A stretch of 64,000 nt of DNA from an uncultured Erysipelotrichaceae bacterium. Lineage in GTDB: Bacteria; Bacillota_I; Bacilli_A; RF39; UBA660. The translations under genes and the position numbers were made by a program. The stretch spans positions 6,016 to 70,015 of the forward strand of contig CACZXL010000007.1 of the NCBI GenBank assembly GCA_902785135.1, given 5' to 3'. Under the pieces are notes generated by a model that worked only from the letters and a program-made list of their open reading frames with translations, ran no database searches and was not told the origin of the DNA. Of the stretch, positions 1 through 9,521 are shown in pieces; within the stretch, counting starts at the first letter, position 1; every line of letters begins with the position of its first letter.

Positions 1-743
1 CTATATTAAAGGATAAAATAAAAACATGGGAGGATTTAAATAGGGTTTGTTCAATAGTAGAACCTTTAGCCTATATTAATGATAGATCAGGTGGTCATAT
101 TCATGTTGGTACACAAACATTAGGTGATAATAGGGATTCATGGCTTAATTTTATAAAAATATGGTCAGTATATGAAAATATTATTTTTAGATTTACATAT
201 GGTAATTATTTAACAGCGAGACCAGTTATGCAGAGATATTCAGAACCAATGACAAAAGATTTTTGGAGATTTTATGAGAAATTAAAATCAACGAATGCAG
301 ATTTAAATACTATTATCAACACAATATCAAATACTAAATATCAAGCAGTAAATTTTAATAACGTATCAAGAAAAAAATGTAGTAGCTATAAACCTAACAA
401 TACTATAGAGTTTAGATGCCCAAATGGTTCGTTAGATCCTGCTATTTGGCAAAATAATGTTAATTTATTTGTTAATTTGTTATGTTATTCTAAAAGCTCA
501 TCTTTTAATGATGATATAGTAGAAAAAAGACATCAAATTAATAATGATAGATTTTCAAGTTTAGGCTATTATGATGAAATATATCTTGATCAAGCACTTG
601 AATTATGTGATATGGTTTTTTCAAATAATTTTGACAAAGTGTATTTTTTAAGACAATATTTAAAATCATTTAAAGTACGTAATGATAATTCATATAAAAA
701 ATCGTTGAAATTTACAAAAAAGGGAATTAAAAAAGTAGTTTAA
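1..743 (+). CDS. 5'-truncated ORF of unknown function; frame is open from window position 3 with no stop until 743
   Basis: I translated frame 0 from position 3 and found no stops, so the track ORF 228..743 is just the part after an internal Met. It contains a SGGHIHVG motif. I recognised no clear family. Confidence 0.45.
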   Translation, partial: ILKDKIKTWEDLNRVCSIVEPLAYINDRSGGHIHVGTQTLGDNRDSWLNFIKIWSVYENIIFRFTYGNYLTARPVMQRYSEPMTKDFWRFYEKLKSTNADLNTIINTISNTKYQAVNFNNVSRKKCSSYKPNNTIEFRCPNGSLDPAIWQNNVNLFVNLLCYSKSSSFNDDIVEKRHQINNDRFSSLGYYDEIYLDQALELCDMVFSNNFDKVYFLRQYLKSFKVRNDNSYKKSLKFTKKGIKKVV

Positions 744-823
744 TTTATAATAAATAAAGTTTTTGTCTTTTGACATACAAATATAATTATGTTATACTTT
801 TTGAAGATTTTGGGGTGATTTTT

Positions 824-1540
824 GTGATAAGATTACAAAAACAAATTGCGGATTTAGGTTATTGTTCAAGAAGAAAAGCAGAAGAATTAATTACTGCTGG
901 GAAAGTATATGTTAATGGTAAAAAGATAACTGAATTAGGAACTAAAGTAAATCCAACAGATGAAATAAGAATTAATAATGAAATATTATCTGTACAAGAA
1001 AAAGAATATTATATTTTTAATAAACCAAGAGAAGTTGTTACTACTACATCAGATGATAAGGGTAGAAAAACAGTATTAGATTTTTTTGATATAGATAAAA
1101 GAATATATCCAGTTGGAAGATTAGATTATGATACTACTGGTCTTATATTATTAACTAATGATGGAGAATTTGCTAATTTAATGATGAAACCTAGTAGTAA
1201 AATACAAAAGGTATATTTAGCAAAGATTAATGGTATTATGCCTAAAGAAGATTTAATTACTTTAAAAAATGGAATAGTTATAGATAAAAGAAAATGTATT
1301 CCAGATAAAGTTAAAGTAAAATCAATAGATAAAAAAACAAATACAAGTTTTATAGAAATAACTATTCATGAAGGTAGAAATCATGAGATTAAAAAAATGT
1401 TTGAATACTTTCATTTAGATGTATTAAAACTAACAAGATTAAGTTATGGATCTTTAACACTAGGTAATTTAAAATCTGGTGAATATAAAAAATTATCTAT
1501 AAAAGAAGTAAAAACTTTATATTCTTTAATAAAAAAATAA
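824..1540 (+). CDS. rluB: RluB/RsuA-family pseudouridine synthase with N-terminal S4 domain
   Basis: S4-like segment IRLQKQIADLGYCSRRKAEELITAGKVYVNGKK and catalytic segment PVGRLDYDTTGLILLTNDGEFANLM. Likely GTG start at 824 after the Shine-Dalgarno tggggtga; the track start at 770 is probably too early. Confidence 0.8.
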   Translation: MIRLQKQIADLGYCSRRKAEELITAGKVYVNGKKITELGTKVNPTDEIRINNEILSVQEKEYYIFNKPREVVTTTSDDKGRKTVLDFFDIDKRIYPVGRLDYDTTGLILLTNDGEFANLMMKPSSKIQKVYLAKINGIMPKEDLITLKNGIVIDKRKCIPDKVKVKSIDKKTNTSFIEITIHEGRNHEIKKMFEYFHLDVLKLTRLSYGSLTLGNLKSGEYKKLSIKEVKTLYSLIKK

Positions 1541-1563
1541 TCACTTTATAGTGATTATTTTTC
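1539..1563. terminator. Bidirectional rho-independent terminator shared by convergent rluB and ferredoxin
   Basis: Inverted repeat aatcac-tttata-gtgatt with T-run on the + strand and A-run (T-run on -) on the other side. Confidence 0.6.
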
Positions 1564-1761
1564 TTCTTCCTCTTTAACTTCTTCAATTGCGCCAACTGGA
1601 CAACTATTTTTAGCGTCTTCTACTGAATCCTTGTTTTCATCATTGATTTTTTCATTATCAACTTTTATATTTCCTTCATCATCAAATTCAAATATGTCCA
1701 TCGCAATTCCTGTGCACATTCCACATCTTAAACATTTGTCTTGATCTATTTTATATTTCAT
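1555..1761 (-). CDS. Small 4Fe-4S ferredoxin
   Basis: 68 aa with CLRCGMCTGIA and CPVGAIEE cysteine motifs and an acidic tail. Confidence 0.8.
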   Translation of the reverse strand: MKYKIDQDKCLRCGMCTGIAMDIFEFDDEGNIKVDNEKINDENKDSVEDAKNSCPVGAIEEVKEEEEK

Positions 1762-1861
1762 ATTAAGACCTCCTTTTCTTAATTATACTACAAAATTATC
1801 TAAAAATATTTAAAAATATTTAAAAATATGATATCATTTTACTATAAAGTAGGTGACATAT

Positions 1862-2620
1862 ATGAATTCTAGAATGGATAAGTATTCTTTTGATTCTGAA
1901 ACTACTAGTAGATCTAGTAGAAATAAGAAACTATATGAAGATTTATATAGTGATACTAGTTATAATAATTCTGTAGTTTTAGATGATTCTAAAGAAATAG
2001 ATATCAATAAAATAAAAGAATTAATAAAAAGAGAAAATGGCACTGAAAGAAAAAGACAAATAAGACCTACTAAAGAATTATATGAAGATTTAGAAACTAT
2101 AAAAGAAGAAGTTAATGATAAAGTATATGATATAAATGAAGTTTTAAAAGAAGCTAAAAGTAAAAGAGATATATTAGAAGAAGCAAATGAAAAAAGAAAA
2201 ACTAATTATAAATATCAAAGCCATTTAGATATTGAATCTGAACTTGCTAAAACAAGAAAGGTTTATGATAAATTGTTACAAGAAGAAACAGAACTTCTTG
2301 ATATTATGAATACATTAACTAATGTACCTACTAATCAAGGTACAGATGCATATAAAGATCTAACTAGTGAAGCAAATAAATTAAAAACAGGTACTGTAGA
2401 AGTAAAAGAATTAACAAAAGAACAAGAACCTGTAGATGATGATTCTAGAGAGTATAGTACAAATACATTTATGTTTGATAAAAGAGACTTTGTAACAGAA
2501 GAATCACTAAAAGAACATTTAGCAGGCACTAATAAATTTATTAAGTTCTTAATATTCTTATTAACAGTAGCGATATTATTAGGTGCTTTCTATGTTATTA
2601 AGACATATATATTAAAATAG
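1862..2620 (+). CDS. Hypothetical coiled-coil protein with C-terminal transmembrane anchor
   Basis: ATG at 1862, 5 nt after aggtga. Charged K/E-rich body and hydrophobic C-terminus FLIFLLTVAILLGAFYVI. Confidence 0.55.
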   Translation: MNSRMDKYSFDSETTSRSSRNKKLYEDLYSDTSYNNSVVLDDSKEIDINKIKELIKRENGTERKRQIRPTKELYEDLETIKEEVNDKVYDINEVLKEAKSKRDILEEANEKRKTNYKYQSHLDIESELAKTRKVYDKLLQEETELLDIMNTLTNVPTNQGTDAYKDLTSEANKLKTGTVEVKELTKEQEPVDDDSREYSTNTFMFDKRDFVTEESLKEHLAGTNKFIKFLIFLLTVAILLGAFYVIKTYILK

Positions 2621-2654
2621 GAGTATAACTCCTATTTTTTTCATATAATTAAAT

Positions 2655-3272
2655 ATGAAAAAGAAGATAGTTATTATATTAATATCAATTTTTTTATTAA
2701 CGATATTACTTATTTATTTTTATAGTAAAAAGATAACGCCATTACTAATGAAATATGCAAAAATAGAAGGTAAAAAAATTGCGATAGATATTATTAGTAA
2801 GGGTGTTAGTAAAGACATGATAGATATATTAGATCAAGAAAATATTTTTATTGTGGAAAAAGATAATAATGGAAATGTAGAAACAATAGATTATAATTCT
2901 AAAATTGTTAACGAAATATTATTAGTAACTTCAAAAAGAGTAACTAACAATTTTAAGGATAAAGAAAAGAAGAATAAGGGTATTATTACTAAAATACCTA
3001 TAGGTGTAGTAACAAATAATGTATTCTTTGAAAATTTAGGACCAAAAATACCTGTTAAACTTAATTTAGATGGTAATGTTTTAACTAGTCTTAATACTAA
3101 GGTCAAAGAGTATGGATTAAATAGCGCTCTTATAGAAGTATCTGTTAGAATAGAGGCTAATGTACAAATCATTGTACCTCTTCAAACTAAAGAGATAAAG
3201 GTAATAAATGATATTCCTATCTCTATAAAAATAACAAAAGGTAATGTTTCTAGTATTATAAATACTGAATAA
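2655..3272 (+). CDS. yunB: Sporulation protein YunB family
   Basis: N-terminal TM helix, then ITPLLMKYAKIEGKKIAIDIISKG and NNGNVETIDYNSKIVNEI, which resemble conserved YunB blocks as I recall them. Confidence 0.7.
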   Translation: MKKKIVIILISIFLLTILLIYFYSKKITPLLMKYAKIEGKKIAIDIISKGVSKDMIDILDQENIFIVEKDNNGNVETIDYNSKIVNEILLVTSKRVTNNFKDKEKKNKGIITKIPIGVVTNNVFFENLGPKIPVKLNLDGNVLTSLNTKVKEYGLNSALIEVSVRIEANVQIIVPLQTKEIKVINDIPISIKITKGNVSSIINTE

Positions 3273-3317
3273 CTATTAATATTATAAAAAATATGATAGA
3301 ATATAAGTGGTGATATA

Positions 3318-3602
3318 ATGAAAAAGACAGTAGAAATAGAAGGAAATAACTATGAAATTATAACTGATAATAGAGAAGGTTATGATAAAGATGAATTTAT
3401 AAATAGATATACTGATTATTTCAGTGATTATGATTATATAGTAGGTGATTGGTCATACGGTAAACTAAGATTGAAAGGTTTTTATGACGATAATAATAAG
3501 AAGGCGAACAAAATTAATAAAATTAGTCTATTAGATAAGTATTTAGAGGAAAATTGCGCTTATGGATGCAAATATTTTGTTGCTAAAAAGATAATAGTAT
3601 GA
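3318..3602 (+). CDS. YutD-like (DUF1027) small protein
   Basis: About 94 aa, Y/D-rich, placed next to yunB as in Bacillus. The family assignment is from memory only. Confidence 0.4.
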   Translation: MKKTVEIEGNNYEIITDNREGYDKDEFINRYTDYFSDYDYIVGDWSYGKLRLKGFYDDNNKKANKINKISLLDKYLEENCAYGCKYFVAKKIIV

Positions 3603-3636
3603 TATAATTTTTTTAAATAGAAGAGGTGTATAAAAT

Positions 3637-4515
3637 ATGATAGAGAACAAATTTTATGTTATAAATGAAGATGGTATCAGAGTTGATGCTAGAATTCTAT
3701 CTAAATTTAGATTATCAAATGGAAATAATTACATAACATATACATATGATGAATATAATAATGACGGAATGATTAAAATTTATGAAACAGGAATAACTAA
3801 TGATAACGGAATTCTTTCTTATAAAGAAATATCAACAGATCAAGAATGGAATGATATTAAAACTGTTCTTAAAACATTAGCTAAATCAGAAGAAGAAGCA
3901 TTTCCTGCCGTATTAAAAGCTGATTTAAAAATAGTAGGTGAAGAAGTTGATATTAAGAATCCTAAGAAGTTATTAGTTTCTAAGAAATTTGCTGATGTAT
4001 TAGCTAGTAAATATAGTGAAGATACTACTGATACAAGTGTTGGTACTGCTCCAGTAATTGAAACACCTGTAATAGAAGCACCTGCATCACCAGTTGTAGA
4101 AGCTGAACCTGAGTTAGAAAAGACAATAAAAATTCCTACATTTGAAGAATTACAAGCAAGAAATAAGAGTATTCAAGCTGCTATGAATACAGTTAAAGAA
4201 GAAGTTCCAGAACCAGTTCAACCCAAGATGCCAGTATATGAATCAAGAGTTAAAAAAGTTGATTATGAAGAAAAATTTAAAAAGGATGTTGAACCAGTTT
4301 TACTTGATGTTTATGCTCAACAACAAAAACATATTGAAGAATTAGAAGAAGAATTATCAAAAACTAAATTTGATTTATTTGAAAAACAAAAAGAAGCTTT
4401 ATCTTTAAGTAATGAAAAAGCTCAAATTGAAAGAAAGACTAAAGCTTTAGAACAAGAATTAGATGGCGTTCAAAAGAAAATGAGCGGAATCCTAGATGTA
4501 TTACAAGAAAAATAA
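3637..4515 (+). CDS. DUF1292 (YrzB-like) domain protein with long Pro/Glu-rich and coiled-coil C-terminal extension
   Basis: The N-terminal ~95 aa (EDGIRVDARILSKF...TDQEWNDIKTVLKTLA) fits the DUF1292 pattern. The remainder is low-complexity and coiled-coil. Confidence 0.5.
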   Translation: MIENKFYVINEDGIRVDARILSKFRLSNGNNYITYTYDEYNNDGMIKIYETGITNDNGILSYKEISTDQEWNDIKTVLKTLAKSEEEAFPAVLKADLKIVGEEVDIKNPKKLLVSKKFADVLASKYSEDTTDTSVGTAPVIETPVIEAPASPVVEAEPELEKTIKIPTFEELQARNKSIQAAMNTVKEEVPEPVQPKMPVYESRVKKVDYEEKFKKDVEPVLLDVYAQQQKHIEELEEELSKTKFDLFEKQKEALSLSNEKAQIERKTKALEQELDGVQKKMSGILDVLQEK

Positions 4516-4594
4516 GAAGATTACTTCTTATTTTTTTATATAGTATTAAATTACCATTTTTTGAGAAACCTAATAGTAGTAGGAGGTGAAAAAA

Positions 4595-4732
4595 ATGGAA
4601 AATAATACACGTAAGAATTCATCTAACACAAAAAGAAACACTAGAAGTAAATGTAATTCTGAAACAAGAAAATCAACAAGATCTAATTCAACTTCAAAAT
4701 CTAAATCAAGAAGTAATAAAACAAGTAGATAG
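4595..4732 (+). CDS. Unannotated 45-aa highly basic Ser/Thr/Arg/Lys-rich peptide (below track length cutoff)
   Basis: aggaggtga lies 5 nt upstream of the ATG. Translation is MENNTRKNSSNTKRNTRSKCNSETRKSTRSNSTSKSKSRSNKTSR. It is followed by hairpin agtagac-N8-gtctac plus a T-run at 4738-4768. Confidence 0.4.
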   Translation: MENNTRKNSSNTKRNTRSKCNSETRKSTRSNSTSKSKSRSNKTSR

Positions 4733-4737
4733 TTATA

Positions 4738-4768
4738 AAAAGTAGACGATTTAATGTCTACTTTTTTA
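4738..4768 (+). terminator. Rho-independent terminator after the small basic ORF
   Basis: Perfect 7-bp stem agtagac/gtctact followed by tttttt. Confidence 0.6.
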
Positions 4769-4824
4769 ATTTTAGTGTTTCTTTTTGCATATTATTATGA
4801 TATAATTATATAAAATAAGGCGGT

Positions 4825-5784
4825 ATGTTTATGGATATACAAAGTAGAGTAGTTAATTATTATAAAACAAATAGTTTTATACAAAAATATTTAAAAGGAA
4901 TAGACCCTAAATCAAATGAGGTCGTTTTAGCGTATAATAATGAAAATAGAAGAGTAGGAATTGATGTTTTAGAAGGTATTAAATCAGAAGAAGAATTAAT
5001 TAATTTCTTCCAAGGAAAAGTAGTTTCTAATGAACCTGTTGCTCCTGTAGTACCAGAAGTACCAGTTGCACCAGTTCAACCACAACCAGTAGCACCAGTA
5101 GTTCCTGAACAACCAGCAGTAGTTGCTCCTGTTCAAACTCCAAGTTTAGATTCAGTATCTATTACACCAGTGTCTACTGAAGCACAAATGGTTGATGAAT
5201 CTAAACCAGAATCATTAGATGATATTAAGTTACTAACTGAATTAAAGAATAAAGAAGGTTTAGATAATTTATTAAAGAAATATGCAATTAATCCTACAAC
5301 TGGATTAATAGATATAAATAATGCAATTAGTACGGTAACAAGAAATACCATGAATGAAGTAGAGGACTGTATTAGAAATAGTTTTGATTTTAATACTGAT
5401 TTAACTCAATATGATATTCAAGGTAAATATATTGGTCCAAAACAAATAAGTGCAGCGAATGAAGATGAATTAATTATTAAGAGTTTTAATAATATAAAGA
5501 TATATTTAGATGCATCTAAAATGTATCCAGAACAAGTAAATTATAATGATGAACAAATTAATAGTTTCTTAAAAACATATATATCAAAGGTTAAAGAAGA
5601 ATTACATGGTTCTGAACCTCAAACAGATTCATCTAATACTAATCCAACTCCACCAGCTATGATGGATACTGATATACCTGCTGGAGTAAATGCAAGTGCT
5701 GGATTTGCAGATATATTTGTTTTAACAGTAATTGTATTGGTATATGCAGTTATTATTGTAAATTTAATATTGAAATTAAAATAG
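4825..5784 (+). CDS. Hypothetical protein with proline-rich PVxP linker and C-terminal membrane anchor
   Basis: PVAPVVPEVPVAPVQPQPVAPVVPEQP repeat region and hydrophobic C-terminus IFVLTVIVLVYAVIIV. Confidence 0.55.
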   Translation: MFMDIQSRVVNYYKTNSFIQKYLKGIDPKSNEVVLAYNNENRRVGIDVLEGIKSEEELINFFQGKVVSNEPVAPVVPEVPVAPVQPQPVAPVVPEQPAVVAPVQTPSLDSVSITPVSTEAQMVDESKPESLDDIKLLTELKNKEGLDNLLKKYAINPTTGLIDINNAISTVTRNTMNEVEDCIRNSFDFNTDLTQYDIQGKYIGPKQISAANEDELIIKSFNNIKIYLDASKMYPEQVNYNDEQINSFLKTYISKVKEELHGSEPQTDSSNTNPTPPAMMDTDIPAGVNASAGFADIFVLTVIVLVYAVIIVNLILKLK

Positions 5785-5856
5785 TTATAGGTTTTCTATA
5801 ACTTTTTTTATTTAAAATAATTTGATTTTATTGTATAATTATAAAGAGGTGAAAAA

Positions 5857-7044
5857 ATGAAAGTATTATCAGTTAATGCAGGTAGTTCATCATTAAAATT
5901 TAAAATGTTTGAAATGCCTGAAGAAGAAGTTTTAATCGCTGGTACTTTTGAAAGAATTGGCGGTAAAGGTAGTTTTTATAGAGTTACAATAAACGGAGAG
6001 GAAACAAAGAAAGAAGCTGAATTAAAGAGTCATTCAGATGCTGTTGAAATATTAATTCAAGAATTATTTGATAACAATGTTATCGAATCATTAGATGAGT
6101 TATCAGCAGTAGCTCATAGATTAGTTCATGGAGGAGATAAATATCCAAATTCAGTAATATTAGATGAAGATGCTTTAAAGATTGTTGAAAGCTTTAAAGA
6201 TTTAGCTCCATTACATGTTCCAGCAAATGTTATGTGCGTTAAAGCATTTATGGAAAAGGCTCCAAATGCTGCTCAAGTTGGATGTTTTGATACAGCATTC
6301 CATCAAACAATAGATAAAGAAAGATATATTTATCCAGTACCATTTGAGTGGTATGAAAAATATAAAGTTCGTAAATATGGTTTCCATGGACAAAGTCATA
6401 AATATATTACTGAGACTATAGGTAATATTTTAAATAATAAAGAAGTTAATGCAATAGTTTGTCATATTGGACAAGGGGCATCAATAAGCGCAATAGAAAA
6501 TGGTAAGTGTATTGATACTTCTATGGGATTTACTCCTAATTCTGGTGTAATTATGGGTACACGTAGTGGAGATATAGACTATGGTATTATTAAATATATG
6601 ATGAATGAAGCAGGAATGACTTTTGATGAAGTAGATAGAGCATTAAATAAAGAAAGTGGTTTATTAGGATTAAGTAAAGTTTCTAATGACTGGAGAGATG
6701 TTGATGCTGCTATTACTGAAGGAAATAAACAAGCTTATTTAGCTCATAAAATATTCGTTAATTCAATAGTAGATTATATCGCTAGATACTATGTTGAATT
6801 AAAAGGACAAGTAGATGCATTAGTATTTACTGCAGGTTTAGGTGAAAATGCTCATCATATTAGAAGAATGGTTATAGATAGATTAAACTGTTTAGGATTT
6901 GAATGTGATAGAGAAGCAAATGATAATACAAGATTTGGTAAAGAAGGAATAATAAGTACAAGTAATTCTAAGATTCCAGTATATGTTATTGGAACAAATG
7001 AAGAATTAATGATGGCAAGAGATGCTTTAGATTTAATAAAATAG
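5857..7044 (+). CDS. ackA: Acetate kinase
   Basis: N-terminal VLSVNAGSSSLKFKMF signature, 395 aa, and acetate/propionate kinase family blocks throughout. Confidence 0.9.
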   Translation: MKVLSVNAGSSSLKFKMFEMPEEEVLIAGTFERIGGKGSFYRVTINGEETKKEAELKSHSDAVEILIQELFDNNVIESLDELSAVAHRLVHGGDKYPNSVILDEDALKIVESFKDLAPLHVPANVMCVKAFMEKAPNAAQVGCFDTAFHQTIDKERYIYPVPFEWYEKYKVRKYGFHGQSHKYITETIGNILNNKEVNAIVCHIGQGASISAIENGKCIDTSMGFTPNSGVIMGTRSGDIDYGIIKYMMNEAGMTFDEVDRALNKESGLLGLSKVSNDWRDVDAAITEGNKQAYLAHKIFVNSIVDYIARYYVELKGQVDALVFTAGLGENAHHIRRMVIDRLNCLGFECDREANDNTRFGKEGIISTSNSKIPVYVIGTNEELMMARDALDLIK

Positions 7045-7059
7045 AAATGAAGTGATTAG

Positions 7060-8013
7060 ATGAAAGAATTATATAGAGAAATATATAAGAAAATAAAGGA
7101 ATTTGATAAGATAGTTATCGCAAGACATATAGGTGCGGATCCTGATGCTTTAGGTAGTACATTAGGGTTAAAAGAAATTATTTTAAATACTTTTCCTAAT
7201 AAAAAGGTATCATGTATAGGAGTTTATTCATCTGTATTTAAATATATGGGTAAAATGGATAAGTTAAATGAAGATGAAATAAAAGATTCTTTATTAATAG
7301 TATGTGATACACCTAACGTTATTAGAATTGATGGAATAGATGATCCTAGAAAGTTTAAATATGTTATTAAGATTGATCATCATCCAGAAGTAGATCATTT
7401 TGAAGACTTAAAATGGGTTGATGTTAAATCATCTTCAGTATGTCAAATGCTTATCGAATTAACAAATGAAACTAGATTAAAAATGAGTAAAATTGCTGCC
7501 GAAAAGCTATATATGGGTTTAGTTTCAGATACAAATAGATTCTTATATGAATATACTACACCAAAGACTTTTGAATTAGTGGCTGGTTTAGTTAGAGAAA
7601 ACAAATTAGATATAGTTTCTTTATATAATAATTTATATCAAAGACCATTGATAGATATTAGATTTCAAGGTTATGTAGCGCAAAACTTAAAAGTTTCTGA
7701 AAGTGGATTTGCTTATATATTTATTGATGATAAAACTATAGAAAAATTTGGTGGAGATACTGGTCTTTCCGGGAATGTAATAGGAAGTTTTAATAATATT
7801 AATGAAATATTAGTATGGGTAATATTTACTGAAGATAAAAAGCAAGGGCTTATTAAGGTAAATGCTAGAAGTAGAGGACCTGTTATTAATACTATATTAG
7901 AGAATTATGGTGGAGGAGGTCATGCTATGGCATCTGGTGCCAGACTAACTAAAAAAGAAGATGTAGATAAACTTATAGAAGATTTTGATAAGTTATGTAA
8001 AGAATACAAATAG
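7060..8013 (+). CDS. nrnA: DHH/DHHA1 phosphoesterase, NrnA-like oligoribonuclease / pAp phosphatase
   Basis: DHH motif in IKIDHHPE and DHHA1 GGGGHAMASGA motif. 317 aa. Confidence 0.8.
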   Translation: MKELYREIYKKIKEFDKIVIARHIGADPDALGSTLGLKEIILNTFPNKKVSCIGVYSSVFKYMGKMDKLNEDEIKDSLLIVCDTPNVIRIDGIDDPRKFKYVIKIDHHPEVDHFEDLKWVDVKSSSVCQMLIELTNETRLKMSKIAAEKLYMGLVSDTNRFLYEYTTPKTFELVAGLVRENKLDIVSLYNNLYQRPLIDIRFQGYVAQNLKVSESGFAYIFIDDKTIEKFGGDTGLSGNVIGSFNNINEILVWVIFTEDKKQGLIKVNARSRGPVINTILENYGGGGHAMASGARLTKKEDVDKLIEDFDKLCKEYK

Positions 8014-8059
8014 TATTCTTTTTTATTATAAAATTTGATATAATTATTAGGGTGGTAAA

Positions 8060-9472
8060 ATGAAAAAAACAAAAATAGTATGTAGTATAGGACCAGCTAG
8101 TATAGATCCAAATATAATGGAAGAAATGGTCAATGAAGGAATGAATGTAGCGAGAATTAATTTTTCTCATGCAGGATATGATAATTGTAATGAAATAATA
8201 AAATCAGTAAATGAAGTTAGAAATAGAACTGGTAAAAATATAGGTTTATTATTTGATACAAAAGGTCCAGAATTTAGAAATGATGAAGTTATAGATGGTG
8301 GAATAGAATTAGTTGAAGGAAACACCATAAGAGTTGTAAAAGAACATGTTGTAGGAGATAACAATAGATTCTCTGTTAATCATCCTGAAGCTATTGATTC
8401 TATAGAAGTTGGTAACTTTATTTTATTAGAAAATGGTCTTATGAAGATAGAAGTTATTTCTAAAGAAGAAGATGGTATAACTTGTAAAGTTATTTCAGGT
8501 GGAAATTTAGGTAGTAAGAAAAGTTTAAATGTACCAGGGGTTCATTTAAATGTTCCATTCATGAGTGATAAGGATAGAGAAGATATAATTTTTGCTTGTC
8601 AAAATGATGGAGACTTTTTAGCAGCGTCTTTCGTATCTTGCGCAAATGATGTTTTAGAAATTAAAAAGATTATAGATGAACAAGGTTCAGAAATGAAAAT
8701 TATATCTAAAATAGAAAACACTATGGCTATAAATAATATAGAAGAAATTATTAGTGTTTCAGATGGTATTATGGTAGCAAGAGGAGATCTAGGTGTTGAA
8801 GCATCAATGGAAGATTTACCTCATTATCAAAAAGATATTATTAAAAGATGTAGAGCACATTCTAAATTTGTTATAGTAGCAACAGAAATGCTTGAATCAA
8901 TGAAAGAAAACTTAAGACCAACAAGAGCAGAGGTATCAGATGTAGCTAATGCTGTATTAGATGGAACAGATGCTGTTATGTTATCTGGTGAAACTACAGT
9001 TGGTAAATATCCAGTAAATGTTGTTAAAACAATGGCTGATATATGTGAAAGACAAGAAAAATATGTTAAATTCGATAGAAATTATGATTTTGATAGAAAG
9101 AATAATATAGTAGAAATGGTAGCAACATCTGCAGTAGCATCTGCAAATGAATTAGATGCAAGTTTAATAGTTACTGGTACTTTATCTGGTTATACAGCAA
9201 GAAAACTTAGTAATATGAAACCAGATTGTATAATATTCTCAACTTGTCATGAAGCTAGAGTAGCTAGATCATTAAGTTTATATTATGGTGTAGAGACACA
9301 AGTAATAGAATTCTATAAATCTACTGATGAAATGATAAATAATTCAATTAAAATAGCTAAAGAAAGATTTAATCTTAGTGAAGGAGAATTAGTTGTCGTA
9401 ACTGGTGGATTTACTGAAAATATGTTTGAACAACATACAACAAATCTTATGAAAATAGTAAAAATAAAGTAA
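8060..9472 (+). CDS. pyk: Pyruvate kinase
   Basis: MKKTKIVCSIGPAS N-terminus, FSHAGY, MVARGDLGVE active-site block. 470 aa. Confidence 0.93.
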   Translation: MKKTKIVCSIGPASIDPNIMEEMVNEGMNVARINFSHAGYDNCNEIIKSVNEVRNRTGKNIGLLFDTKGPEFRNDEVIDGGIELVEGNTIRVVKEHVVGDNNRFSVNHPEAIDSIEVGNFILLENGLMKIEVISKEEDGITCKVISGGNLGSKKSLNVPGVHLNVPFMSDKDREDIIFACQNDGDFLAASFVSCANDVLEIKKIIDEQGSEMKIISKIENTMAINNIEEIISVSDGIMVARGDLGVEASMEDLPHYQKDIIKRCRAHSKFVIVATEMLESMKENLRPTRAEVSDVANAVLDGTDAVMLSGETTVGKYPVNVVKTMADICERQEKYVKFDRNYDFDRKNNIVEMVATSAVASANELDASLIVTGTLSGYTARKLSNMKPDCIIFSTCHEARVARSLSLYYGVETQVIEFYKSTDEMINNSIKIAKERFNLSEGELVVVTGGFTENMFEQHTTNLMKIVKIK

Positions 9473-9521
9473 TATTGCTTTATTTTTTTTTATTTGTTAT
9501 AATGAAACCAGGTGAAAAATT

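Noticed and set aside
2335-8364. Short antisense track ORFs (2335-2529, 2891-3172, 5133-5351, 6211-6399, 7973-8170, 8167-8364)
   Set aside because: Each lies antisense inside a well-supported conserved gene (coiled-coil protein, yunB, PVxP protein, ackA, nrnA/pyk). No independent signals.
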